Assembly: GCA_959608885.1 (NCBI GenBank)
Contig: CAUHSG010000010.1
Span: forward strand, 2,441 to 66,440
Source: an uncultured Coriobacteriia bacterium
GTDB taxonomy: Bacteria > Actinomycetota > Coriobacteriia > Coriobacteriales > QAMH01
Direction: 5' to 3'
Length of the DNA: 64,000 bases
The notes below the pieces were generated by a model. It was not told where the DNA came from. It worked only from the letters and a program-made list of their open reading frames with translations, and ran no database searches. The position numbers and the translations under genes are program-made. This document shows positions 44,658 through 53,015 of the stretch, in pieces. The first letter of the stretch is position 1. Each line of letters starts with the position of its first letter.

Positions 44658-46155
44658 ATGCAGACGCAAAGCTCACCCATAGTAGCGTATCGCGACCACT
44701 GGACTTCCGAGTGCATTGCGCTCATCTGCGGAATCGCCAATGCGGGCGGCGGAACCCTTGTCATAGAGTCGAGTGAGAAAGCCTACACGACCGGTCGGCG
44801 CAAGCTGAGGCGTCCGTTCGAGCAGATCCCCAAGCTTGTCGAAAAGGAGCTGGGCCTGCAATGCACAACCGAACCCGTGCTCGACGGCACGGCGCTGTGC
44901 CTGGAAACGACCGTTCCGGCAGCGGCAAAACCCCTCGCCTATGACGGCACGTACTGGCTCTACGCCGGCAACGCGAACATTCGCTCGACCCGCAAGACAA
45001 TCGAAGGGGTCCTGTCAAACGCCCCTGGCGACACCGAATCATTCGATACGCCCTGGGAGATGCGACCCCAGGCCGGAGTCAAGCTCGAGGATCTGAACGC
45101 CCGGGTGTTCCTCACGGTCGCGGCGCTGAAGACCGAAACATCTGACTTGCCCATGGACCCACTGGGAGCCGTGTTCGAGCATCGCCTGGCCCACCTGAAC
45201 CTGGAAAACCCACAGACCCAGGCCATAACGAACGCCGGCGTTCTGCTCCTGCACAACCAGCCCGATGCGATCATACCCGGTGCCCTGGTGCAGTTGCGAC
45301 TCCTCGCGCAGGACGAGCGGGTCGTGTTGCACGACGAGGTGAGCGGCCCCCTGCTCCGTCAAATCAAGGAGACGTCGCGTCTGCTCTTCGAGCAGTACCT
45401 GCCCATGGCGATCGCCGCCTCCGGATCGATGAACGATCCCGCCGCGGGTCTGAACTTTCCATCCCGCGAAGCCGTGCGCGAGGCCCTGTTGGGGGCACTG
45501 GCGCACAAGGACTACGCATGCGGCCAGCCGGTAAGCGTCGACGTCTTTCCCAGCCGCATGATCATACGAAATCCCACGGAGGCAGGCGTGCCCAGCCTTG
45601 CAGCTGGCGAGGATTCCGAAGTCCCGGCCATTGTCGCAAATCCCGTTCTCACCAGGGCCATGCGTCTCGTCGGCATCATGGATGACCGGGACGTCGATTA
45701 CGAGCGAATCAGCCAGAAGAACCTCGAGGTCGGACTCGATGCTCCCCTTCTCGAACAGGATGACGGCGAGACGTCAATCACCTTTCCCTTGGATTCGGAG
45801 AAAAGGCGGCAAATGAGCACCCCCCCCCCCTGCGCATGATTTTGACTCCGAATCCCCGGCACCTGCTAGCCGCGTGACCAACGTTTCCAATATCGAGAAC
45901 CCCGAATCCAAACCCAGGTACACGCCCTTCTCGGCACGCTCCATCGCGGCTGCCAACGAGCTCGATCTCACCTCGACCGACGAGTACGTCTTGCGCGTGC
46001 TGCACACCAACGGCCGTGCGACGGCGGTGCGCATAGCAAACGTGCTGGGCGTGAGCGAGAGCACCGTGCGACGGGCGTTCAGGAAGCTGAAGAAGCACGG
46101 CCTCATCGACCGCATAGGGTCGGACAAGGCCGGCTACTGGCACGTGAACGTGTAG
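44658..46155 (+). pseudogene. regulator R1 (COG2865-type AlbA_2 / HATPase_c_4 / wHTH) split by a +1 frameshift in a C11 tract
   Basis: ORF 44658-45839 (393 aa) ends MSTPPPCA* and ORF 45874-46155 carries the wHTH. Removing one C from 45819-45829 fuses them into a 498-aa protein colinear with R2 (491 aa). Confidence 0.75.
45819..45829 (+). repeat. homopolymeric C11 tract in the R1 linker
   Basis: Counted directly: gcaCCCCCCCCCCCtgcgca. Confidence 0.95.
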
Positions 46156-46319
46156 GAGGCGAGGGTCAGCCCCCTTGCCGCCTGCTAGAGCAAGGGGTGC
46201 TGGGAGAACGCGGGCGCGATTACGTCGGATTCAAGCTCCTCGTGTTCCGTGAGTGTCTTATCGAGCGGCTATAGCAGGCGCTGGCGCGTAAGCATATAAG
46301 AGCGTGGTATACTACACAG

Positions 46320-46412
46320 CCAGCGGATGCCCGCGACTGTTGCGTCGGGCAACGCCGTTTTCAGAATTGACCGCTTCCGCGCCTACGGGCGCGGGCGGTC
46401 ATCCTTTTTCCG
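46320..46412 (+). ncRNA. candidate small RNA, copy A (own extended -10 promoter and intrinsic terminator)
   Basis: TGGTATACT at 46306-46314. Stem-loop GCCCGCGAC..GTCGGGC. Terminator GACCGCTTCCGCGCC-TACG-GGCGCGGGCGGTC followed by ATCCTTTTTCC. A near-identical unit lies at 52211-52300, with an indel that breaks any shared ORF. Confidence 0.5.
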
Positions 46413-46466
46413 AGCGCCGCTCGGAGTCTTGATCACCAGTCTGATTCTGTCCCCCTATAACGCGAG

Positions 46467-46492
46467 GGAGGCGGCCCGAAGGCCGCCTCCCG
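46467..46492. terminator. strong GC hairpin after S2 (shared with the S3 downstream region)
   Basis: GGGAGGCGGCC-CGAA-GGCCGCCTCCC. The same sequence occurs at 52951-52976. Confidence 0.6.
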
Positions 46493-46531
46493 GTGGAGCT
46501 ATGTCGCTTGCGCGTCGCTAATTAGCTTGCG

Positions 46532-49500
46532 CTACATCGCCTGGAAGGCGTTGCCGGCTGCGGGGTTCTTCTCCGCGGCGGCGTCGTACTTCCTGCCACC
46601 CATGATGTCGCCCTCGAAGTCGTCCATGTCACGGATACCATGGCGGCGGCGGTAGAGCACCGCGAGGCCGTAGACGATGGTGACCAGGGCGCCGAAGATC
46701 ATCAGCCAGTGGGTCCAGCAGTGGATCTCCTCGAAGGCGGCGAGGGCGTTCTCGTCGTCATCGATGGTCGCCAGAGGCACACCGTCGTCGAGGATGGTGG
46801 CGGCGGCAGCTGCGGCAGCCGCGGGAGCGGCGGCGGCAACCGGCGCCAGCGGGGCAGCGGCGGCAGGTGCAGGCGTGGCATCAGGCGTAGCCGTGGGGAG
46901 CGCGGTGAAGGCAATGACGAAGGCCGTGTCATCGGTGAGCTCCATGTTGGCGAGCGGCTCGTTGTTCCACATGCCGTTGCCGTAACCGTCGTCGGCGGTC
47001 GCGCCGGGGATCTGAGCCGCGGTCAGGACGGCCACGCCGTCCTCGGCCAGGTTGCCGGCGGCGTCGTACTTGTTGAGCACGTAGCGGGCAGGACCGTCGA
47101 TGGTGCCAGCGATGGCCGCATAGGTCACGACGAGCTGGTACTTGTCAGCAATGCCATCGGGGACGTTGTTGCCGGGGTCGGTCGGATCCGTTCCGATGAC
47201 ATCCAGCGCCCAGTTGGCGGTGAAGGTGTACTCGGTGTTGCCCTGGAGCTCGCGAGTCAGGTTGGAGGCAACTGCGTTGCCGTCCTCGGTCCATCCGTCG
47301 AAGACAAAGCCGGCAGTCGGGTTAGTGGCCACACCGTCGAAGATGTTAACGGTGCCAGAGGTCGCGTTGTTGGCGAAGGTGACAACCTTCTGCGCAAGGT
47401 TAACGGTGCCCTGAGCGTTGTTAGCCGAGACATAGTTGACGACGGCCTGGTACTTGTCGGGGATGCCGTCACCAGGGTTCTCGCCATTGCCATCGTTGTT
47501 GGGGTCGGTGATGACGTCAACAGCGTAGGTCAGGGTGATAACGTTATCGTCCGCATTGGCCCCAATGGTTAGCTGCTCCGTGTTAGCACGCTCGAAGATA
47601 TATCCCTCGATGGCAATAACCTCGTCGGAGGAGCTAATGACGCTCTCAAACTCCTGGGGAGCACCGGTCTTGGGATCGAGCAGGGTGTTTCCATCCTCGT
47701 CAACATAGTTAACGGTGTAGGGGAAAGAGTCCTTGACGTAGGTGACGGTGACCTCGGCGCCGTTGGCGACCTGGGTGCCCGCCGTCACGTCCGTGCCGTC
47801 TGCGAGCTTGACGGTGGAGAGCTTGTAGCCGGCGTACTTCTGGTCGGCCACGTCGGCGGCCTTGAGCTCGAGGGTCTGCGGGTCGTTGACCCACACGCCC
47901 TTGGCCTCGCCGGTGAAGGTCGCGCGGGGGGCGTCCTCGCCGTCGACCACGTGCTTGACGGTGTAGGCCAGGTCGTTTGCCTGGGAGTCGTCCTTGACGT
48001 AGGTGACGGTGACCTCGGCGCCGTTGGCGACCTGGGTGCCCGCCGTCACGTCCGTGCCGTCTGCGAGCTTGACGGTGGAGAGCTTGTAGCCGGCGTACTT
48101 CTGGTCGGCCACGTCGGCGGCCTTGAGCTCGAGGGTCTGCGGGTCGTTGACCCACACGCCCTTGGCCTCGCCGGTGAAGGTCGCGCGGGGGGCGTCCTCG
48201 CCGTCGACCACGTGCTTGACGGTGTAGGCCAGGTCGTTTGCCTGGGAGTCGTCCTTGACGTAGGTCAGCGTGATGGTGGTGCCGCTCTCGACCTTGGTGG
48301 TGCCCTCGGCGACCGAGATGGAGTCGAACTTGTAGCCGGGATAAGTATTCTGGTCGAGGCTACCTGTAACGATGGCAATCATCGCTGGGATATCGGTAGA
48401 AGTGGAAGTGTAGGTCTTGGTATCGGCGGTCTGCTCGACGCCGGCGACCACGTGCTTGACGGTGTAGCTGGTTTCTGTGGCAATGGGCTTCCACTGGGCG
48501 ACATAGATGACATCATCAGTCACAGTCTCTGCAACTGCCGGATTCCAGCCAGTAAACTCATATCCAGTTCGTTCTGGAGTGCCTTTAAAAGCAGGCGTGA
48601 ACTTACCAGCTTCCACGGTATACGATTGGTCCGCAAAGACTTCCTCTCCATCTACGCCATCGACGTACTGAATAGTGTAATCTTTCACTTTTTCAACAAT
48701 TGACACGACAAAGATATCGCAGATTCCAGAAGGAGCCATATGAAGCACATATGTTGTTGCTCCGATAGCTTCACTTGCGGTGATAGTGTTTTTAGCATTA
48801 GTATTATCTTCAATTTGGACATTCGAATTGGTTGAACGCCATACATGATCGTTCTTCGAGTCGTCTGTGCCCTCTAATCTGATCTTTCCTCCACTTTTTA
48901 CAGCAGTTTCATGAATTACGGCGTTGGGATACTCTTTCGTCAGCCGCTCTAGCGTCCAACCTGTGATATTGATATCGGTAGCATAGCTTCCTGTTCCAGA
49001 GTTATTTCCATTCCCGTTGCCGACGGCAGCAAACGTCGTGGCGCCACCAAGCTTCTCGATGAAGTTGCTGATAGCATTCTTCACCTTGTTGGCTTTTTCA
49101 CCCAGCTCGGTGGAGGGAGCGGGGGTGGAAGGCTCGGCAGCGTCAGTATTGGCGGAACCCGTGGCGGCCTCGGCGGTCACGACGATGGTGGCACCGTCCG
49201 CGACCCTATCGGCAGCGACAGTGTACTCGCCGGCGTTGGGGGTGAGCGTCGTCTCGCCCTTGGCATCAGCTAGCTTGACGGCAGCCGCGCCCAGCGTAAA
49301 GCCATCGGCGGCCTTTACCGTGAACTTCATATCCTTGCCAGCCGGAACGACGAGCTCGGTCGCGGCATCCTTGCCGTTGTAGGTGACCGTGGCGTTCTGT
49401 GCCTTCACCTTGAGCGTCACATCGGCCGGAGTGGCGTCATCGGCATCGTCTTCGTCCTCGACGCTGGCAATGCTGAGCAGCTCGACGGGCTCGAGCTTCT

Positions 49501-49723
49501 GCTCGTCGGCAGCGGGCTCGGCGGCCTTCTCGTCCTTGCCGGAGGTCTGGTCGGCCAGCTCCTCCTGCTGCTGAACCTGCGCCTCGTTGGGCTCACCGTT
49601 GATCGCGCTCGCGATCGGAATGAGGGTGAGAGTCGACATGGCGAACACCACCGCCATGAAACCCGACAGGAACTTACCCCAGAGGGTATCCTGTGGCTCC
49701 TTATACCTACGTTGTTGCTTCAT
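46532..49723 (-). CDS. giant surface protein S2 (1063 aa): shared signal region, Ig-like/MucBP-like repeats, Flg_new-type repeat, shared C-terminal TM tail
   Basis: MKQQRRYKEPQDTLWGKFLSGFMAVVFAMSTLTLIPIASA start, RTGYEFTGWNPAV..VIYVAQWKP, and YTVKHVV..VTVTYVKD modules. The tail is VPLATIDDDENALAAFEEIHCWTHWLMIFGALVTIVYGLAVLYRRRH..DMDDFE..GNAFQAM. Confidence 0.9.
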   Translation of the reverse strand: MKQQRRYKEPQDTLWGKFLSGFMAVVFAMSTLTLIPIASAINGEPNEAQVQQQEELADQTSGKDEKAAEPAADEQKLEPVELLSIASVEDEDDADDATPADVTLKVKAQNATVTYNGKDAATELVVPAGKDMKFTVKAADGFTLGAAAVKLADAKGETTLTPNAGEYTVAADRVADGATIVVTAEAATGSANTDAAEPSTPAPSTELGEKANKVKNAISNFIEKLGGATTFAAVGNGNGNNSGTGSYATDINITGWTLERLTKEYPNAVIHETAVKSGGKIRLEGTDDSKNDHVWRSTNSNVQIEDNTNAKNTITASEAIGATTYVLHMAPSGICDIFVVSIVEKVKDYTIQYVDGVDGEEVFADQSYTVEAGKFTPAFKGTPERTGYEFTGWNPAVAETVTDDVIYVAQWKPIATETSYTVKHVVAGVEQTADTKTYTSTSTDIPAMIAIVTGSLDQNTYPGYKFDSISVAEGTTKVESGTTITLTYVKDDSQANDLAYTVKHVVDGEDAPRATFTGEAKGVWVNDPQTLELKAADVADQKYAGYKLSTVKLADGTDVTAGTQVANGAEVTVTYVKDDSQANDLAYTVKHVVDGEDAPRATFTGEAKGVWVNDPQTLELKAADVADQKYAGYKLSTVKLADGTDVTAGTQVANGAEVTVTYVKDSFPYTVNYVDEDGNTLLDPKTGAPQEFESVISSSDEVIAIEGYIFERANTEQLTIGANADDNVITLTYAVDVITDPNNDGNGENPGDGIPDKYQAVVNYVSANNAQGTVNLAQKVVTFANNATSGTVNIFDGVATNPTAGFVFDGWTEDGNAVASNLTRELQGNTEYTFTANWALDVIGTDPTDPGNNVPDGIADKYQLVVTYAAIAGTIDGPARYVLNKYDAAGNLAEDGVAVLTAAQIPGATADDGYGNGMWNNEPLANMELTDDTAFVIAFTALPTATPDATPAPAAAAPLAPVAAAAPAAAAAAAATILDDGVPLATIDDDENALAAFEEIHCWTHWLMIFGALVTIVYGLAVLYRRRHGIRDMDDFEGDIMGGRKYDAAAEKNPAAGNAFQAM
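47730..48265. repeat. perfect 261-bp tandem duplication (about 2.05 copies) inside S2
   Basis: 47730-47990 and 47991-48251 are identical by direct comparison. Each encodes the 87-aa unit DSQANDLAYTVKHVVDGEDAPRATFTGEAKGVWVNDPQTLELKAADVADQKYAGYKLSTVKLADGTDVTAGTQVANGAEVTVTYVKD. Confidence 0.9.
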
Positions 49724-49828
49724 GTGACTCCACCAACCTTCCCTTTGCCCTACTCACAGCTACACATGTTGCGTCACCCGCGCGAACGGCTTACGCGCGC
49801 ATGACATGTATAAAAATGGAATGGCAGA

Positions 49829-49834
49829 AGTATA
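49829..49834 (-). promoter_or_regulatory. candidate -10 (TATACT) of the S2 promoter
   Basis: The minus strand reads GGAAATTCGCACATTTATATACT, 106 nt upstream of the S2 ATG. Confidence 0.45.
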
Positions 49835-50099
49835 TAAATGTGCGAATTTCCTTGCTGACCTTGGGTTTTAGATATCTTAGTCACTCTGGGAAGATAATGC
49901 GGAGATGCCGGTAAGCGAGTGCTTTGACCGGGGGCTTCGCGTTACCCCATCAAGGCCCCATTCATAACATGCTGCGGCAAATGCTAGGTATATGCTAGGG
50001 CATTAGGTGGGTATCGAGCGGATAAGGGGCGGTATCCTGCAAACGCTCTCGCATCACCCGCGAGGATAATACGATTCCGAGGACGAAGGCGCTAAGCCC

Positions 50100-51575
50100 A
50101 TGGACACGCAGGAAACACCCCTGGTGGTCTATCGCGACCACTGGACCCCCGAGTACATCACCCTCATCTGCGGAATTGCCAATGCTGGCGGCGGTACGCT
50201 GGTCATAGAGTCAAACGACAACATATACACCACCGGACACCGCAAGATGCGGCGCCCCTTCGAGCAGATTCCCCGTATCATCGAGCGCGACCTGGGGATT
50301 CAGTGCACCACCGAGCCGGTGCTCGATGGAATCAATCTGTACCTGGAGATTCTCGTTCCGGCTGTTGCCGAGCCGCTGACCTACGAGGGCGAGTACTGGC
50401 TGTACTCGGAAGGCCACAACACGCGCTCGACCCGCGAGACCGTCTGGGCCTCCCTCAACGGCGCCGCCTCCCAACAGGATACGGAGGCAGGCGACACCCT
50501 TTCCTGGGAGATGCGCCCCCAACCCTACGTCGAGCAAGGGCAGTTGAACGCCCGCCAGTTCCTGGCACTCGGACTGCTCAAGATCGATGCGCCCGACCCA
50601 CCCACGAGCAGCGTCGAGACGGCGATCTTGCGACGTCTCGACTACCTGAACCTACGTGGCACGCGGGGCGACGGCATAACGAACGCCGCCATCGTGCTCC
50701 TGCACAACCATCCCGAAAGCATCATCCCCGGAGCGACGGTGCAATTGGAACTCGTAGCCCAGGACGATCACGCATTGCTGCGCAACGAGATAGGCGGCGG
50801 CATAAGCTGTCAGGTGGAGGAGTCGCTGCGCCTGCTCTTCGAGCAATACCTGCCCATGGCGGTGGCAACGTCCACCACCACGGAAAACCCTGTCATCGCA
50901 CTCAACTTCCCACCACAGGAGGCCGTCCACGACGTGCTGCTCGATGCCATTGTGGGCAAGAACTACGAAACCGGTCAGCCCGTGCGTGTGAGCGTGCACC
51001 CGGACAAGCTCATCATCTCGATGCCGTGTGGCGGCGTCGAAGCACCCGGCGGGGCAAACCCCGTCCTCGCGCGGGCGTTGCACCTCATGGGCTACCTGGA
51101 CAGCCAGAACGTGAACTTCGAGCGCGCCGTGCTGCGCTGTGGCGACATGGGGGCGGCACTGCCGGTCATCGAGCATGGTTCCCGTGAGACAACGGTGACA
51201 TTCTCGTTGGATTCGCAGAAAACGTGGCAAATGAGCACCCCCCCCCCTGCGCAAAATTTGGCCCGCAAGCCGCTGCCGGGCAACTTCTCGTCGACGCCGG
51301 AAAGCGGAATCGTCGGACTTGGCGAGGCGGCGCCCAAGGACGCCCCCTTCTCGGCACGATCCATCGCCGCGGCAAACAATCTGGACTTCACGTCGACCGA
51401 CGAGTACGTGCTGCGCGTGCTGCACACCAACGGCCGCGCGACGGCGGTGCGCATTGCCGGCGTGCTCGGCGTGAGCGAGAGCACGATACGTCGCTCGTTC
51501 CGCAAGCTGCGCGAGTACGGGCTCATCGAACGCGTGGGGTCAGACAAGGCCGGCTACTGGCGCGTGAATTCGTGA
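50100..51575 (+). CDS. regulator R2 (COG2865-type: AlbA_2-like N-terminus, HATPase_c_4-like middle, C-terminal wHTH), intact
   Basis: YRDHWTPEYITLICGIANAGGGTLVIES, AVHDVLLDAIVGKNYETGQPVRV, and TDEYVLRVLHTNGRATAVRIAGVLGVSESTIRRSFRKLREYGLIERVGSDKAGYW. It contains an in-frame C10 tract. Confidence 0.85.
   Translation: MDTQETPLVVYRDHWTPEYITLICGIANAGGGTLVIESNDNIYTTGHRKMRRPFEQIPRIIERDLGIQCTTEPVLDGINLYLEILVPAVAEPLTYEGEYWLYSEGHNTRSTRETVWASLNGAASQQDTEAGDTLSWEMRPQPYVEQGQLNARQFLALGLLKIDAPDPPTSSVETAILRRLDYLNLRGTRGDGITNAAIVLLHNHPESIIPGATVQLELVAQDDHALLRNEIGGGISCQVEESLRLLFEQYLPMAVATSTTTENPVIALNFPPQEAVHDVLLDAIVGKNYETGQPVRVSVHPDKLIISMPCGGVEAPGGANPVLARALHLMGYLDSQNVNFERAVLRCGDMGAALPVIEHGSRETTVTFSLDSQKTWQMSTPPPAQNLARKPLPGNFSSTPESGIVGLGEAAPKDAPFSARSIAAANNLDFTSTDEYVLRVLHTNGRATAVRIAGVLGVSESTIRRSFRKLREYGLIERVGSDKAGYWRVNS
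51238..51247 (+). repeat. homopolymeric C10 tract in the R2 linker (in frame)
   Basis: Counted directly: gcaCCCCCCCCCCtgcgca, encoding TPPP. Confidence 0.95.
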
Positions 51576-51596
51576 GGGTTGGGTTGTTCGCGGTGC

Positions 51597-52016
51597 CTAG
51601 CGGCCGCTGATGTGGCTTTCGAAGCAGTCGAGCCTGCGAACCTCGTCACGACGACGCTTGACCACGGTCAGGCCGCATGCGGCGACCACGGCGAGCACGG
51701 CGACGAGAACCGCCCCCTGCGCCCAGCTAAACTGGCTTTCCTCCTTGGCGAAGGAGGCGAGCGGGGTCTCCTCGTCGGCTATCGCCTCTGCGGCCGACGT
51801 GCTAGCGGACACGGTCATGTTCTCGATGGGCACGGCCGGGCCCGTTGGCGTGCTAGCGGTCTGGATTGGCGCGACGGTGCCCTCGACGGCATGTGCGCTC
51901 GGGATGATGGCGATGACGAACGTCAGAGTGAGCGCCATGACCAGCGCGAGAATCACCGTGACGAATTGGTTGTACGTCGTGGGGCGTGCTTGTGCCGCGT
52001 TTTCCGTTTTCTTCAT
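51597..52016 (-). CDS. small secreted/anchored protein (139 aa) with signal peptide and the same type of C-terminal tail as S1-S3
   Basis: MKKTENAAQARPTTYNQFVTVILALVMALTLTFVIAIIPSAHA signal. The tail is DEETPLASFAKEESQFSWAQGAVLVAVLAVVAACGLTVVKRRRDEVRRLDCFESHISGR. Confidence 0.6.
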   Translation of the reverse strand: MKKTENAAQARPTTYNQFVTVILALVMALTLTFVIAIIPSAHAVEGTVAPIQTASTPTGPAVPIENMTVSASTSAAEAIADEETPLASFAKEESQFSWAQGAVLVAVLAVVAACGLTVVKRRRDEVRRLDCFESHISGR

Positions 52017-52131
52017 GGCTTCCCCTGCCCTTCCTGGTCAACCTGCGTTGCGAGAAAGCGACTCGCAAACAGGACATTCGCAAGATGACGAGCACATTGT
52101 ACTTGCCGACGACCGGAATGTCATCATTTAC

Positions 52132-52162
52132 GTGACAAAAGTCGCCGGGGCAGTTTTGTCAC
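52132..52162. repeat. REP-like palindromic element type 1 (GTGACA arm variant, orientation B)
   Basis: GTGACAAAAGTCGCCGGGGCAGTTTTGTCAC. Confidence 0.85.
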
Positions 52163-52210
52163 GCTTGGGACGATGATGTATGGCCGAATATGGTGCATGG
52201 TATACTACAG

Positions 52211-52300
52211 CCAGCGGATGCCCGCGACGTGGATGTCGGGCAACGCCGTTGGTTTGAATGACCGCCTAACGCCTACGGGCGCTGGCGGTCATCCTTTTTC
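52211..52300 (+). ncRNA. candidate small RNA, copy B
   Basis: TGGTATACT at 52198-52206. Stem-loop GCCCGCGAC..GTCGGGC has a different loop from copy A. Terminator GACCGCCTAACGCC-TACG-GGCGCTGGCGGTC followed by ATCCTTTTTCC. Confidence 0.5.
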
Positions 52301-52341
52301 CGAGCGTCGCTCGGAGTCTTGGACAGTGGGCAAGCGCTTCG

Positions 52342-52572
52342 TTACGTAAACGCGAGATGCTTCTCTTGATCGCGGCATTCCGCAAGGTACATGTTGATAA
52401 TGTTTTGATAGGGCACGCCAGTACGAAGCGCCTCGGCCTTGAAATAGTCGATCGTCTCGCTGTCGATGTTAATCGTCACACGGCGACGCGTCTTGCCGAC
52501 ATAGGGGTTCGGAAGGCTGTCCGAAAAATCCACCTCGGCAGGCATGTCCATGATTTCCGCAACGTCACTCAT
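52342..52572 (-). CDS. brnA: BrnA-type antitoxin (second copy)
   Basis: SLPNPYVGKTRRRVTINIDSETIDYFKAEALRTGVPYQNIINMYL is the typical BrnA/CopG-like pattern. It overlaps the brnT-2 3' end by 8 nt. Confidence 0.75.
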   Translation of the reverse strand: MSDVAEIMDMPAEVDFSDSLPNPYVGKTRRRVTINIDSETIDYFKAEALRTGVPYQNIINMYLAECRDQEKHLAFT

Positions 52573-52864
52573 TCCGATACCTCCAATACTGTCGTTCTTC
52601 CGTCTTCGTCGACTTCCTAGCCGAAATTATCCTAATCTTTGAACCGTCAGCCCTTTCGCAATGGCATACCGTAAGCACCCGTGCCTTGAGATCCATTCTC
52701 ATGAGAAAGAACCTCTCCTCTTGATCCGAGTGCTTTTTGTCTGGAACGATGCGCGCATAAGGGTCTGAGAACGCATCCGCTGCCGATTCGAAGCTCACGC
52801 CATGCTTGTCGAGATTGATGACGGCCTTCTGGTCATCCCACTCGAAATCTATGCAGTCTTCCAT
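52565..52864 (-). CDS. brnT: BrnT-family (DUF497) toxin (second copy)
   Basis: MEDCIDFEWDDQKAVINLDKHGVSFESAADAF..IRIISARKSTKTE. The minus strand has TATAAT 4 nt before this ATG, so the mRNA may be leaderless. ATG 52870 is an alternative start. Confidence 0.75.
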   Translation of the reverse strand: MEDCIDFEWDDQKAVINLDKHGVSFESAADAFSDPYARIVPDKKHSDQEERFFLMRMDLKARVLTVCHCERADGSKIRIISARKSTKTEERQYWRYRNE

Positions 52865-52950
52865 ACTCATTATATGCATATGATACATATATAATGCATA
52901 TACATCAAGGAGCAACGCATCATCGAGTGGGATTTGTCCCCATGACGCGA

Positions 52951-52976
52951 GGGAGGCGGCCCGAAGGCCGCCTCCC
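52951..52976. terminator. strong GC hairpin after S3
   Basis: GGGAGGCGGCC-CGAA-GGCCGCCTCCC, identical to 46467-46492. Confidence 0.6.
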
Positions 52977-53015
52977 GGTGGAGCTATGCCGCTTGCCGTC
53001 GCTAGCTAGCTAGCG

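Noticed and set aside
44279-44764. 162-codon N-terminal extension of the S1 ORF (track ORF 41807-44764).
   Set aside because: S2 and S3 start at the homologous MKQQR/MDQQR Met, which is preceded by the conserved AGGGAAGG RBS-like sequence. The extension would run through the divergent promoter region and overlap the R1 start.
45874-46155. 93-aa ORF as an independent small wHTH gene.
   Set aside because: It is colinear with the C-terminus of R2 and R3 and joins the upstream ORF if one C of the C11 tract is removed. I treat it as the downstream half of a frameshifted gene, although separate translation from GTG 45874 cannot be excluded.
46327-46521. 64-aa ORF overlapping the candidate sRNA copy A.
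   Set aside because: The paralogous copy B has a 1-nt indel that changes the frame after ~25 codons, so no protein is conserved. The hairpin and terminator structure is what is conserved.
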